A DNA stretch of 64,000 nucleotides from sequence record MH791400.1, one strand, 5' to 3'. Numbering within the stretch: position 1 is the first letter of the stretch; each line of letters opens with the position of its first letter. The DNA comes from Escherichia phage EcSzw-2. The notes below the pieces were generated by a model that had not been told where the DNA came from, searched no databases, and worked only from the letters and a program-made list of their open reading frames with translations. Made by a program: the position numbers and the translations under genes. Shown here one piece after another: positions 24,800 through 33,506 of the stretch.

Positions 24800-25872
24800 T
24801 AAGGAACCTCTAAATATCCTGAGTTTAAATCATCTACAACGGTATTCAACAAGTACGCACCGTTTTGCTGTTCTTGGTTAGCATTCTGCTCTTTATCAAT
24901 TTCCATCTTCTTAATCATGTATTTCAAAGGTGGTTCTTTAGGAGCTACGAAGTCTCTTGGAATACCAAACATATCATACAATGGTGCAGCGTTATAGTAA
25001 ACCCACTCATGCAGAAGTTTTGTATTCAAACCAACTACGGCACGACCTTCAGAGAAAATATAATAAGACCATTTCTCTTCACTTTCAACCACTTCATCAA
25101 GAATTACTTTGATTTCTGGAAGAACCTGACGGAAAGCTTCTTGCCACTCTTCATCTTTCAAAGTTTCTTTCAGTGCTTCAATGTCAATCTTCGTGTGAAG
25201 GATTTCATCAAGCATAATTTTCTGTACTGCCTGAGCAATACCTTGGAACTTATCTTGTGCATCAAGTGCAAAGGTACATGCAAAGGATGCCATAAAGGAT
25301 ACGCCTTCCAAGGCTGTTACTGCAAAGAGACCTTTCAAAATCACTTTGTGGAAGTGTAAAGGGTCTTTCTCAAGCAGTGAATCACGAACATAGCCTAAGC
25401 GATAGTTGATACCTTCGTCAAGTAGTTCTTCCAGTGCTCTGTTCACAGTCTTCAGACGGTCTTGCACAGCAGCATTCTGGTTAATCTCATCAAGGATTGT
25501 TTCAGGATTCTTAATACACTGACGAACAATCTCTGAATAAGTCAAGGCATGAAGGTTCTCAATTTCAGATTGCTTCATAATTGCCGTTGCGTAGATATCA
25601 TCAGAGATGAATGGTGCAAAAGCAAATGCCAAGCTCTTAGCAACCTGTGTATCAGCTTCCCACTGCCACTTAAGAATCTCAAGCATTACACCAGACATGG
25701 ATTCTGGAACACTTTCAAAGTCTAATCGTGACTGCTCAAATGGGAACTCATCTTCAGACCAGTCTTGTGCTTTCTGCTGTTTGTACAGTTCAAAGATTTT
25801 TGGATAGTGTTTGTTGAGTGAGTCAAAAGTTTTTCGCTCACCACCTAAAAAGATTGGATGTTGGTTAATCAT
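24799..25872 (-). CDS. nrdB: ribonucleotide reductase small subunit NrdB (class Ia beta)
   Basis: 357 aa; position next to nrdA; ferritin-like Glu/His-rich helices. Confidence 0.8.
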   Translation of the reverse strand: MINQHPIFLGGERKTFDSLNKHYPKIFELYKQQKAQDWSEDEFPFEQSRLDFESVPESMSGVMLEILKWQWEADTQVAKSLAFAFAPFISDDIYATAIMKQSEIENLHALTYSEIVRQCIKNPETILDEINQNAAVQDRLKTVNRALEELLDEGINYRLGYVRDSLLEKDPLHFHKVILKGLFAVTALEGVSFMASFACTFALDAQDKFQGIAQAVQKIMLDEILHTKIDIEALKETLKDEEWQEAFRQVLPEIKVILDEVVESEEKWSYYIFSEGRAVVGLNTKLLHEWVYYNAAPLYDMFGIPRDFVAPKEPPLKYMIKKMEIDKEQNANQEQQNGAYLLNTVVDDLNSGYLEVP

Positions 25873-26144
25873 AATGGTAGGTTTCCTGTTTCATAAAATT
25901 CTCTGGCTTCTGATGCTGTTAAAACTTGCCAACGGTCAACTTTAAACATATCAAGAGACCTTGCATAAGTGTTGCTTGGGTTAAAGCAATCAATGTAACG
26001 AAGATGCTCTTTCCAAGAACCATCTGGCATTTTAACTTTCAAGTGATGGTCTGCAATATAATATAAAGACTCTCTTGGTATATAATACAGATACAAAGCA
26101 CAGTTTGGTTCTCTGTTTCTTGCATCTTGAATGAGTTCTAACAT
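25869..26144 (-). CDS. hypothetical protein between nrdA and nrdB (91 aa)
   Basis: ORF; 4-nt overlap with nrdB start. Confidence 0.5.
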   Translation of the reverse strand: MLELIQDARNREPNCALYLYYIPRESLYYIADHHLKVKMPDGSWKEHLRYIDCFNPSNTYARSLDMFKVDRWQVLTASEAREFYETGNLPL

Positions 26145-26181
26145 GGTTTCTCCAAAAGGGGCTTTGCAGCCCCCTGTTTAG

Positions 26182-28416
26182 TTAAACTCCACAACCTTCA
26201 CAGTAAGCATCTTGAAGTGCTGACTTACCAACACCAATACGACTGTTAAGGTAGTACATAGTTTTCATACCAACTGAGTTAGCATAAATCATGTACTTCA
26301 AAGCTTGCTCTAATGATACCTTTTTCGATTTTGAATAGTCAACATAGAAATCTGAAGAGATAGCTTGACCAGTGAATTTTTGAACAATTGCATAGCAATC
26401 AATCATGTCAAAGGTGTCAATATCCCAAGCAATTTCATAGACATACTTCAATTCTTCGTAATCTGGAACGATGAACAGGACGTTACCAGTAGCTGACTTC
26501 TTGGTTAAGATGAAGTCACGAATTGGGTACAATCCGTTTGTCGTATTAGTTGCCAGTGAAGAACTCTCGTTAGGCATGTAAGCCTCAAGTACAGAGTTTC
26601 TAATACCACTGTTTGCTTTAATACGGTCTGCTAAGTCATCCCAATCATAACGAAGTTTTGCATCGTGTTTTGTATCAATCTTCCTGTTAGCTGTCTTCGG
26701 AGGAACCCAACCTTCAGGATACTTGGTGAACTTCATATATTCAGGTACACCACGTTCTTTTGCAAGTCTTAATGAAGCCTCATGCAGATAGTAAGAGTGC
26801 ATCTCTGCGAGTTCATGTAGCTTCGTTTTACCTGCTCTTGAAGAGTAGTTCACGTAGTTCTTCGCAAGGTAATGAGCCACATTCGTAAGACCAATCCCAA
26901 CAGAACGACGTTTCTGAACGTGGTTACGCATTGACGGATACGGATAGTCCATAAGGTCAATAACGGAGTCAACCATTGCAAGAGCATAATAAGCAACGTC
27001 AGCGTATTCATCTTCTGTGATTCTCCCTGCTACCAGACTAGCCAAGAAGCAAAGAGCAACTTCACCATCTTCTTTAGGTGCTGTGTAACTGTAAAGGTCA
27101 CGTTCATCTTCGAATCCGTGAACTGGCAATACAATTTCCATACACAAGTTAGACATTTTCAAAGGTTCTTTAAACGGCGTGTGAGTGTTAGCATTGTTCG
27201 TAAAGAACGGGTACACACGGCCTGTAGCATAACGTTGCTGGATGAACAGCTTGGCAACTTCACGAGCCTTAACACGTTTATGCTTAACACCTGAATGAAC
27301 TGCGTGACCAACTGCCATAGCAAACTCATCAGCAGATGCTGTGTAGAACATGTCATAAAGTTTTGGAGCGTCCTTGTAAGAGAACAGCAACCAATCTGTA
27401 TCGTACTGCACACACTGCCAGAAATAGTCATTTGCACCAAATGAATAATCCATCTCATTAATACGCTTAGAAGGAACCGTTGTAGGGTGCTTCAAACGCA
27501 GTAAATCTTCAATCTGCGGGTCTATGGCAGTGTAGAAGTTGTTAGCTGAACCACCACGACTCTTCTGCTTATTGGCCTCTACAGCAGCACGTACAAGCTT
27601 GTAATAAGGTAGTTTACCCATGTGTTCAATGGTGTTTTGACGAATACCATCACCAATTGTACGGGTCTCCATCAGCATACCAATGCCAGCTTGCTTCGTG
27701 GTCATATCATAAGCTACCTTAGTAGCAATGCCAAGAGACTCAGCAGTATCATTAGCTTTGATTAAGCAGCATGACGCATAACCTGACTTAGTAGCACGTA
27801 AACCATTCAGATAAGGCGTAGGAGCGTTAATCTTCAGGTCAGACAGGTAAGTGTACAGTTTGATAACATCTTCCAGTCTACGGTGCTTAGGTTGTCTCTC
27901 AAAGGCTTTCATAGCCATACCCATAAACATAAATTGTGGAGACTCAAACAGACGACCTGACTTGATATCTCGGATACCGTATTTGTCACGGAACTGTTTC
28001 AGTACTGCATAACCGTAAGAGATATCTTTTGAGTGAACAATGTGACCTTGTAAATAGTCAATCTCTTGTTCAGTGTAATCCATGTGTTCCCACAAACCCA
28101 TCTGCTCCATTTTCATAACGAAGTTAAACAGTTGAGGAACTTTTGTGAAACCACCAAAGGCTTCTTTGTAGATGATGCCAAGAAGTAATCGACCAGCCAT
28201 ATCAGAGTATTCTTGAGTCTGCTTATCAATACAAACGTCAATCATAGCTTGGTGCATCTCTTTGGTAGAGCAACCTTCATAGACACGCTTCATAGCTTCC
28301 ATAGTTACTTCTGACCAAATGATTCCTCGTTTGTCAGCCCATGAAGCCCATTTGTTTAAACGTTCTGGTTCGAATGGTACGATTGTACCGTCAGATTTGC
28401 GAATGGTCTTAATCAT
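26182..28416 (-). CDS. nrdA: ribonucleotide reductase large subunit NrdA (class Ia alpha)
   Basis: 744 aa; N-terminal ATP-cone-like region; length and synteny with nrdB typical of class I RNR. Confidence 0.85.
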   Translation of the reverse strand: MIKTIRKSDGTIVPFEPERLNKWASWADKRGIIWSEVTMEAMKRVYEGCSTKEMHQAMIDVCIDKQTQEYSDMAGRLLLGIIYKEAFGGFTKVPQLFNFVMKMEQMGLWEHMDYTEQEIDYLQGHIVHSKDISYGYAVLKQFRDKYGIRDIKSGRLFESPQFMFMGMAMKAFERQPKHRRLEDVIKLYTYLSDLKINAPTPYLNGLRATKSGYASCCLIKANDTAESLGIATKVAYDMTTKQAGIGMLMETRTIGDGIRQNTIEHMGKLPYYKLVRAAVEANKQKSRGGSANNFYTAIDPQIEDLLRLKHPTTVPSKRINEMDYSFGANDYFWQCVQYDTDWLLFSYKDAPKLYDMFYTASADEFAMAVGHAVHSGVKHKRVKAREVAKLFIQQRYATGRVYPFFTNNANTHTPFKEPLKMSNLCMEIVLPVHGFEDERDLYSYTAPKEDGEVALCFLASLVAGRITEDEYADVAYYALAMVDSVIDLMDYPYPSMRNHVQKRRSVGIGLTNVAHYLAKNYVNYSSRAGKTKLHELAEMHSYYLHEASLRLAKERGVPEYMKFTKYPEGWVPPKTANRKIDTKHDAKLRYDWDDLADRIKANSGIRNSVLEAYMPNESSSLATNTTNGLYPIRDFILTKKSATGNVLFIVPDYEELKYVYEIAWDIDTFDMIDCYAIVQKFTGQAISSDFYVDYSKSKKVSLEQALKYMIYANSVGMKTMYYLNSRIGVGKSALQDAYCEGCGV

Positions 28417-28436
28417 TATTTTAGAGTCCTACAGGT

Positions 28437-28461
28437 GAAAAAGGGTCTCCGAAGAGACCCC
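28437..28461 (-). terminator. rho-independent terminator (UUCG loop)
   Basis: minus strand ggggtctcTTCGgagaccc + ttttt. Confidence 0.75.
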
Positions 28462-28468
28462 TTAGAGA

Positions 28469-28804
28469 TTAAATGCTAAAGATTTGTTTATTTTGCCAAA
28501 GTTCATAGAACTTGTTAGAAACCTTAGTCAGTGAAGCTTTTGACATTGCGTTGCAGTACCACCAACGTTTAGTTTCATCAAACAGTTTTTCAAGGTCTTC
28601 GTGCAGGTTGTCTTCCATTCGTGAAATAACAAAGTTACCACGCTTCTTACCAGTAACACGACCAAACTTGATATCACTTCGTCCTTTACAATCTTCTGTG
28701 TACATCACTATGTCACCGAACCGTAAAGGTTTGCCAAACTTATCTACTCCAAGTTCAACGCCAGCTTTTACATCTTCAATTGTAAGCTTGTTTGCTTTAG
28801 ACAT
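28469..28804 (-). CDS. hypothetical protein (111 aa)
   Basis: ORF followed by a terminator. Confidence 0.55.
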   Translation of the reverse strand: MSKANKLTIEDVKAGVELGVDKFGKPLRFGDIVMYTEDCKGRSDIKFGRVTGKKRGNFVISRMEDNLHEDLEKLFDETKRWWYCNAMSKASLTKVSNKFYELWQNKQIFSI

Positions 28805-29129
28805 GATATTTATCCAAGTTTCGTTTCAGGTAAAGCCACCCATCATCAGTGCGTTCAACACCCATGAACAGTGGAGCCGTTACAACCTTTCCAAACGTAT
28901 TACGATGCTGACAAATCTCATAAGAATACGTTTTCTCAATGTCCAGGCCATATTTGAAAAGAACTGCTTTCAAGACCTGTTCATTATCCAGTAAAGTTTC
29001 TGGTGTCTCTCCATATTTTGCTAACAGTGAATCACTCATAAACACTGTCATAGAGAGATTATAGTTTGAGAAATGGCTCTTTGGAGCCACCTCTTCAGTA
29101 TTAATGTTCTGTGAATCCATTATAACCAA
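28797..29129 (-). CDS. hypothetical protein (110 aa)
   Basis: ORF in operon. Confidence 0.5.
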   Translation of the reverse strand: MVIMDSQNINTEEVAPKSHFSNYNLSMTVFMSDSLLAKYGETPETLLDNEQVLKAVLFKYGLDIEKTYSYEICQHRNTFGKVVTAPLFMGVERTDDGWLYLKRNLDKYHV

Positions 29130-29856
29130 CCCCTTTTAACCAATTCTTCAGGTTATTTGCATCATAGTTCAGTTTCGGGTATGAGGTCACATGGAACTTC
29201 TCACCGTCATAGTAAACAATATCTGCAAGCCATAATCCGTTTTCTCGGCAGAAGTCTTTGTCTGCTTTTGAACTGATTGGTCGAACTTCTGTGAAGTCAC
29301 TCAATCCAAGGTCTTTCAAACTTCCTACAAGACCTTTACAGATAACGCATGTGTCAGATGTTACCACGAATAATTCTTTGCTTTCAAGTTCCGCAATGAA
29401 CTCTGCAAGCTGTACTTTAGGAAGATTAGACTGCTTCATAACCTTCTTATCAGACTCACGGATAATGGCGTACCATTCTTTTCCATCAATCATTGAGGCA
29501 CGTACATGACATTCATCACCAGTATACTTCTCGATATCTGCAAGACGCTTCAAAGCTTCTTCGTAGTTATCGGTATACTTCAGGTTGTTATTCTCACAGA
29601 CTGCTTTCATAGCTCCGTCATGGTCATGCTGTGAAAGGTAAATCAGTCCATCAAGAACATACTGTAAATCCGCCTGAGCATCAAGAGCCTCAATAGGGTC
29701 TTTTTCATCAACAGCTTTTAAAAGCTCTTTGGCCTCTTCTAACATACAAAGTGCTTGGCTACGCATTGAAGACCAGTACTCAGGTGTATAAGGAGTCAAC
29801 GGGGTTTTACCACAACGCTGATTCCAAGTTAAAACGGATTCTCTGGAATTAAACAT
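29101..29856 (-). CDS. hypothetical protein; N-terminal half weakly MazG-like (nucleotide pyrophosphohydrolase)
   Basis: Acidic helical motif LEEAKELLKAVDEKDPIEALDAQADLQYVLDG; weak. Confidence 0.3.
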   Translation of the reverse strand: MFNSRESVLTWNQRCGKTPLTPYTPEYWSSMRSQALCMLEEAKELLKAVDEKDPIEALDAQADLQYVLDGLIYLSQHDHDGAMKAVCENNNLKYTDNYEEALKRLADIEKYTGDECHVRASMIDGKEWYAIIRESDKKVMKQSNLPKVQLAEFIAELESKELFVVTSDTCVICKGLVGSLKDLGLSDFTEVRPISSKADKDFCRENGLWLADIVYYDGEKFHVTSYPKLNYDANNLKNWLKGVGYNGFTEH

Positions 29857-30083
29857 TAAACCTCCTGAAACAGTTTCTGCTGAGACTCAATATAATCCAG
29901 TCGGCCTTTCAGTTCAACACGTTTGTTAATCAGGTGCTGAATCTGGGACTCAAGAGCCTCCATTTCGGACTCCGTAGCTTCTTTAGCTTTGACAATTGCA
30001 TCTTTCAGTGCTGCAATGTGACTGTCAATCTTAGCTACGTGGTCATTATTAATTTTGTTAAATATCATCTTATTCTCTCTCAT
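29856..30083 (-). CDS. small coiled-coil protein (75 aa)
   Basis: Heptad-like helical sequence. Confidence 0.45.
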   Translation of the reverse strand: MRENKMIFNKINNDHVAKIDSHIAALKDAIVKAKEATESEMEALESQIQHLINKRVELKGRLDYIESQQKLFQEV

Positions 30084-30570
30084 TAAGTTTCATGATTTTA
30101 TGGATTCTCTTCTCAGCATCTTCATAAGTCTCTTTAGTCAGAAACTTGATTGCTGCAATGTTTGCATTGTAGAAGAGTCGAAGCTTGGAGTCAATCCTTT
30201 TTGTCATGACGTCAAACTTATGTTGAAGGTTAGCTTCTCCGTAGACCAACCCACCTCGCGTATAATAAGTTTGCACAATATAGAAGTCAAACTCTTTTTC
30301 ACCGAAAGTTTCAATATCTTTCTTAATGTACTCAGAAGAGGTCTGGTAAACCTTCCAGTCACTCTCTTTTGTCACAATCTTACGTCTGGTCTTTCCAGCT
30401 ACTTTCTTCTTGGTGACATTGTTAAACTGCTTCTTACCCAAATAGTACTGTCCAGTCTTTTTGCAGTACACTAAGTAGACAAACCCAAAGTATTTAGTTG
30501 GGTCAATTTCTCCACAAAGTGAAATCCAATGTCCATATTCAGGGCAATTACCAAAACCTTTAATCTTCAT
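30070..30570 (-). CDS. GIY-YIG homing endonuclease (putative)
   Basis: FGFVYLVYCKKTGQYYLGKK resembles the GIY-(x10)-YIG motif. Confidence 0.5.
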   Translation of the reverse strand: MKIKGFGNCPEYGHWISLCGEIDPTKYFGFVYLVYCKKTGQYYLGKKQFNNVTKKKVAGKTRRKIVTKESDWKVYQTSSEYIKKDIETFGEKEFDFYIVQTYYTRGGLVYGEANLQHKFDVMTKRIDSKLRLFYNANIAAIKFLTKETYEDAEKRIHKIMKLNERE

Positions 30571-31091
30571 TCATAAGTTTCTCCATGATTTGTGAACTCT
30601 CTATGAAGTTCTTCTCTTTTCTTTCTGACTGCTTCTGCTGCATCAGTAATATTTTCAAAGACCCCTAAATGATAGCACACCTTTAGGTGTTTGACTTGAG
30701 CAACCCACTTTCCAGTATGCTTGTGGAAATAGACACCCTTAATCCCAGATTTATTATCTTTCCTTTTTGCAGCATTACAATTATTTTGTGACCTGCTGCA
30801 AGCCCTGAGATTGCCAAACCAGTTTTCATCCCTTACACCATTACGATGGTCAACATATTTAGGGATGTAACCAAGCATATACAAGAAAGCAAGCCTGTGT
30901 GCTGCATAACACTTACTAAATAACTTTATGTACACATATCCAGAGTGGTGTTTTACCCCAGCTACAGAGCCAGCCTTTACTTTGCTTGACCTATCCACAA
31001 TCCAAGTAAAGACCCCTGTTTCGGGGTCATAGTTTAGATATTCTTTAAGAGTTTGCTGAGTCAACATTTGGAGTCCACCCATACTTCTCAA
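30567..31091 (-). CDS. HNH homing endonuclease with AP2-like DNA-binding domain
   Basis: ...YIPKYVDHRNGVRDENWFGNLRAC... (HNH) and SGIKGVYFHKHTGKWVAQV (AP2-like). Confidence 0.65.
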   Translation of the reverse strand: MRSMGGLQMLTQQTLKEYLNYDPETGVFTWIVDRSSKVKAGSVAGVKHHSGYVYIKLFSKCYAAHRLAFLYMLGYIPKYVDHRNGVRDENWFGNLRACSRSQNNCNAAKRKDNKSGIKGVYFHKHTGKWVAQVKHLKVCYHLGVFENITDAAEAVRKKREELHREFTNHGETYE

Positions 31092-32103
31092 ACGTAAAGT
31101 CGTCTTTCTTATTTCTTTCTTGATAAGCTAAGAAGAAATGCTGCTTCATCAACTCTAAAGGTGTTCTGGTGATTGTTTGACCATCCCATGATACATATGT
31201 ATATGAATCTTTCTTAGCATACAACTCGTATATTGCATCAAGACACTCTTTGTATGTTGTCTTACCCTCTAAGGCTTTCATGACAGCAACTTTGCCAACA
31301 CCCTTTAGTCCAAAGTAGTTGTCTGCTACATCACCTGCTACAGCTTGATAGCAGAGAAATTTAAAACCTACTCCAACAGTCTTTTTAGCTTTCGGCTTAG
31401 ACTTGATAGGGCAATCCCAAATATCACCTACGTTACCGTCTGCAATGAAAATCAGAGGGGCTTTCTCGTAAGTCATATCAATACAGTAAGTTCCTTCCGC
31501 TTGGCGAAGGTCTTTATCAATGCTCATAAGAGCAGCCTTCTTACCCATCTTCTCAGCTTTTGCAATAACGATTGAGTCAGCTTCAAACCCATTAAGTAAG
31601 AGCTTAAACTCAGGTCGTGACAGAAGATACTCACGACAAGCAACTAAATGTGTAGGGGTTACTGATTCTTTACGGTTACCTTGATACTGGTGTTCAAGAC
31701 CTTTAATGTCTTTGTGTTTGTGTACACCTTTCTCTGTGAGGTATCCCATCCAAGTTCGTTCTTTACCAACAACCTTCAACCATTCCTGAAGAACTTGTTG
31801 AGTTGCCATAATAGCTTCTTTTTCACTCTTGGCTTCTTTCCAAGATTGTCTTTCCCATTCATCTTCATCGAATGCAAGGCCAAGTTCCTCTGTCAGAACT
31901 CTCTGGTCAGATAACCATTGATTAGCATCTTTAGCACTCTCAAAAGCATCAGACTCTTCAGCAGTGAGTTTATTCACATACTTGTACTTTGCTTTCTCAA
32001 CGACACAGGCTCCCTTGTAAGCGATACTGTCAGAGTCAATAAAGACATGTGTCACAGTATCTGGGAGTTTTGTTAATGTGTACTTTTCCATTTGTATCTC
32101 CAA
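31045..32103 (-). CDS. 5'-3' exonuclease / flap endonuclease (RNase H-like, PIN + H3TH)
   Basis: Acidic PIN-like VFIDSDSIAYKG, DGNVGDIWD, and helix-hairpin-helix GLKGVGKVAVMKALEG. Confidence 0.6.
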   Translation of the reverse strand: MEIQMEKYTLTKLPDTVTHVFIDSDSIAYKGACVVEKAKYKYVNKLTAEESDAFESAKDANQWLSDQRVLTEELGLAFDEDEWERQSWKEAKSEKEAIMATQQVLQEWLKVVGKERTWMGYLTEKGVHKHKDIKGLEHQYQGNRKESVTPTHLVACREYLLSRPEFKLLLNGFEADSIVIAKAEKMGKKAALMSIDKDLRQAEGTYCIDMTYEKAPLIFIADGNVGDIWDCPIKSKPKAKKTVGVGFKFLCYQAVAGDVADNYFGLKGVGKVAVMKALEGKTTYKECLDAIYELYAKKDSYTYVSWDGQTITRTPLELMKQHFFLAYQERNKKDDFTFEKYGWTPNVDSANS

Positions 32104-32105
32104 TA

Positions 32106-32137
32106 CGAAAAAGCCCCATACTAAGTACAGGGCTTTG
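32106..32137 (-). terminator. probable rho-independent terminator downstream of SSB gene
   Basis: minus strand aagccc-loop-gggctt + tttt. Confidence 0.5.
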
Positions 32138-32153
32138 TAGTAACTACTGAGAA

Positions 32154-33005
32154 TTAATCTTCAGTATCGAAATCTTCTTCGTCGTCGTCATCTGGGTCTG
32201 GCATATCATCGTCGTCATCGTCAGAGTTTGTATCTTCAGAATCCTTCGCATCTTCTTCGGTGATTTCACCGTTATCTTCAACGCCATCCAGACCAAGCAG
32301 AGCCAGTTCATCTTCATCAAGTTCAGGCTCACCGTTACCACCTGTACCACCAGTGTACGGAACCAGAGTATCAATGATAAACTGTTCCTGAATCGGCTTA
32401 GTCAGAACGTTGCTTTCAAAAGTGTAGAAGTGAGTTGCAAGAATCACACTACCAAATGAACCGTTACCGACTGCGATATCTGGGTGAATAACATCATAAG
32501 TTTTGTCGTCATCGTGTTTGTCAGAATGTTGAGCCTTGATTTTCTTCATCGGCTGTTTAACTGCAACACGCTTACCGTTAACTTCTTCAATCAGCATAAC
32601 AGGGAATGACTGTTTCGCTGTCCAGACTGCACCATCTTTATAAGCAGCAGCACGACTTACTTTCAGAATGTGATAAGTGTCTGCTTCGAATGGTGGTTTG
32701 CAACCAAACTTCTCTTCGAAGTCATCTGCATCAACTGCTTCAGTTGTAACCTTATCCCAACCGTCAGGATTCTTTTTAGACTTGGTGAACTCTTTGAAGA
32801 GTTTGTTACCGTCTTTTGCCAGAATCGAAACGCTGTAGTTGCAGTCCTTGCCTGGGAATTTCTTATCAACTGACTTACCTTTTCCCGGACGTGGGATAGT
32901 ATTCAGGTAGTAGAACCAAACATCTTTCAGCAAATAACGCAGAGTCTGACGTTCAGTACCGTTGTATTTTTCTACCGGAGATTTCATTTTAACAACTTTA
33001 GACAT
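32154..33005 (-). CDS. single-stranded DNA-binding protein with acidic C-terminal tail (start revised to ATG 33005)
   Basis: C-terminus DSEDTNSDDDDDDMPDPDDDDEEDFDTED; AAGAGGA RBS before the internal ATG. Confidence 0.5.
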   Translation of the reverse strand: MSKVVKMKSPVEKYNGTERQTLRYLLKDVWFYYLNTIPRPGKGKSVDKKFPGKDCNYSVSILAKDGNKLFKEFTKSKKNPDGWDKVTTEAVDADDFEEKFGCKPPFEADTYHILKVSRAAAYKDGAVWTAKQSFPVMLIEEVNGKRVAVKQPMKKIKAQHSDKHDDDKTYDVIHPDIAVGNGSFGSVILATHFYTFESNVLTKPIQEQFIIDTLVPYTGGTGGNGEPELDEDELALLGLDGVEDNGEITEEDAKDSEDTNSDDDDDDMPDPDDDDEEDFDTED

Positions 33006-33090
33006 TCTTAAATCCTCTTTCTCAAAATTATTTCTTTCAAACTTGAAGGAGTACAATCTTACAGACTTCATACTCCCTTGTCAAACACTT

Positions 33091-33228
33091 TTAAGCAGAT
33101 TTTTTAGCTGCTTTACGTGCTGTCTTACCAGTGCGAACACGTTTTGCTTCGTAGTGTGCAGCAGATTTACCAGCAGTTGCTTTCAGTGAATCGCCAAATA
33201 CTTTTTCAAACGCTTTAGAATGTTTCAT
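33091..33228 (-). CDS. small highly basic protein (~45 aa, below ORF-track cutoff)
   Basis: ATG overlaps upstream stop (ATGA); GGAGAG RBS; translates MKHSKAFEKVFGDSLKATAGKSAAHYEAKRVRTGKTARKAAKKSA. Confidence 0.4.
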   Translation of the reverse strand: MKHSKAFEKVFGDSLKATAGKSAAHYEAKRVRTGKTARKAAKKSA

Positions 33229-33506
33229 ACAACTCTCCGATAAATTTCGTATTCAAATGTTTTGTCAGTCAACTTAAACATATATCCAGTATCATTGTCA
33301 ACAGAAACTAAGATTCCATCAAGGCCAATCTCAAGCTCTCTGTGCTCTAACTCAACCGTATGCCCTTCGTTGATGAGTACTTTACAGAAATCGTCTATAC
33401 GAGTCAAGCACTCTTTTTTAAATTCTACTGAATTTGTTTCTTCATAGAAGGGCGTAAAGCCCTCCTTAAGATACGCATCAGTCAGTTTCAAAAGGGCAGT
33501 CATCAT
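33225..33506 (-). CDS. hypothetical protein (93 aa; start may be internal)
   Basis: ORF overlapping 3' end of primase-helicase gene. Confidence 0.45.
   Translation of the reverse strand: MMTALLKLTDAYLKEGFTPFYEETNSVEFKKECLTRIDDFCKVLINEGHTVELEHRELEIGLDGILVSVDNDTGYMFKLTDKTFEYEIYRRVV

Noticed and set aside
22422-30474. Plus-strand ORFs of 140-165 aa at 22422..22898, 24865..25359, 28512..28994 and 30055..30474
   Set aside because: Each lies antisense within confidently assigned minus-strand genes (nrdD, nrdB, and ORFs with RBS and terminators); no start signals; composition typical of spurious antisense frames.
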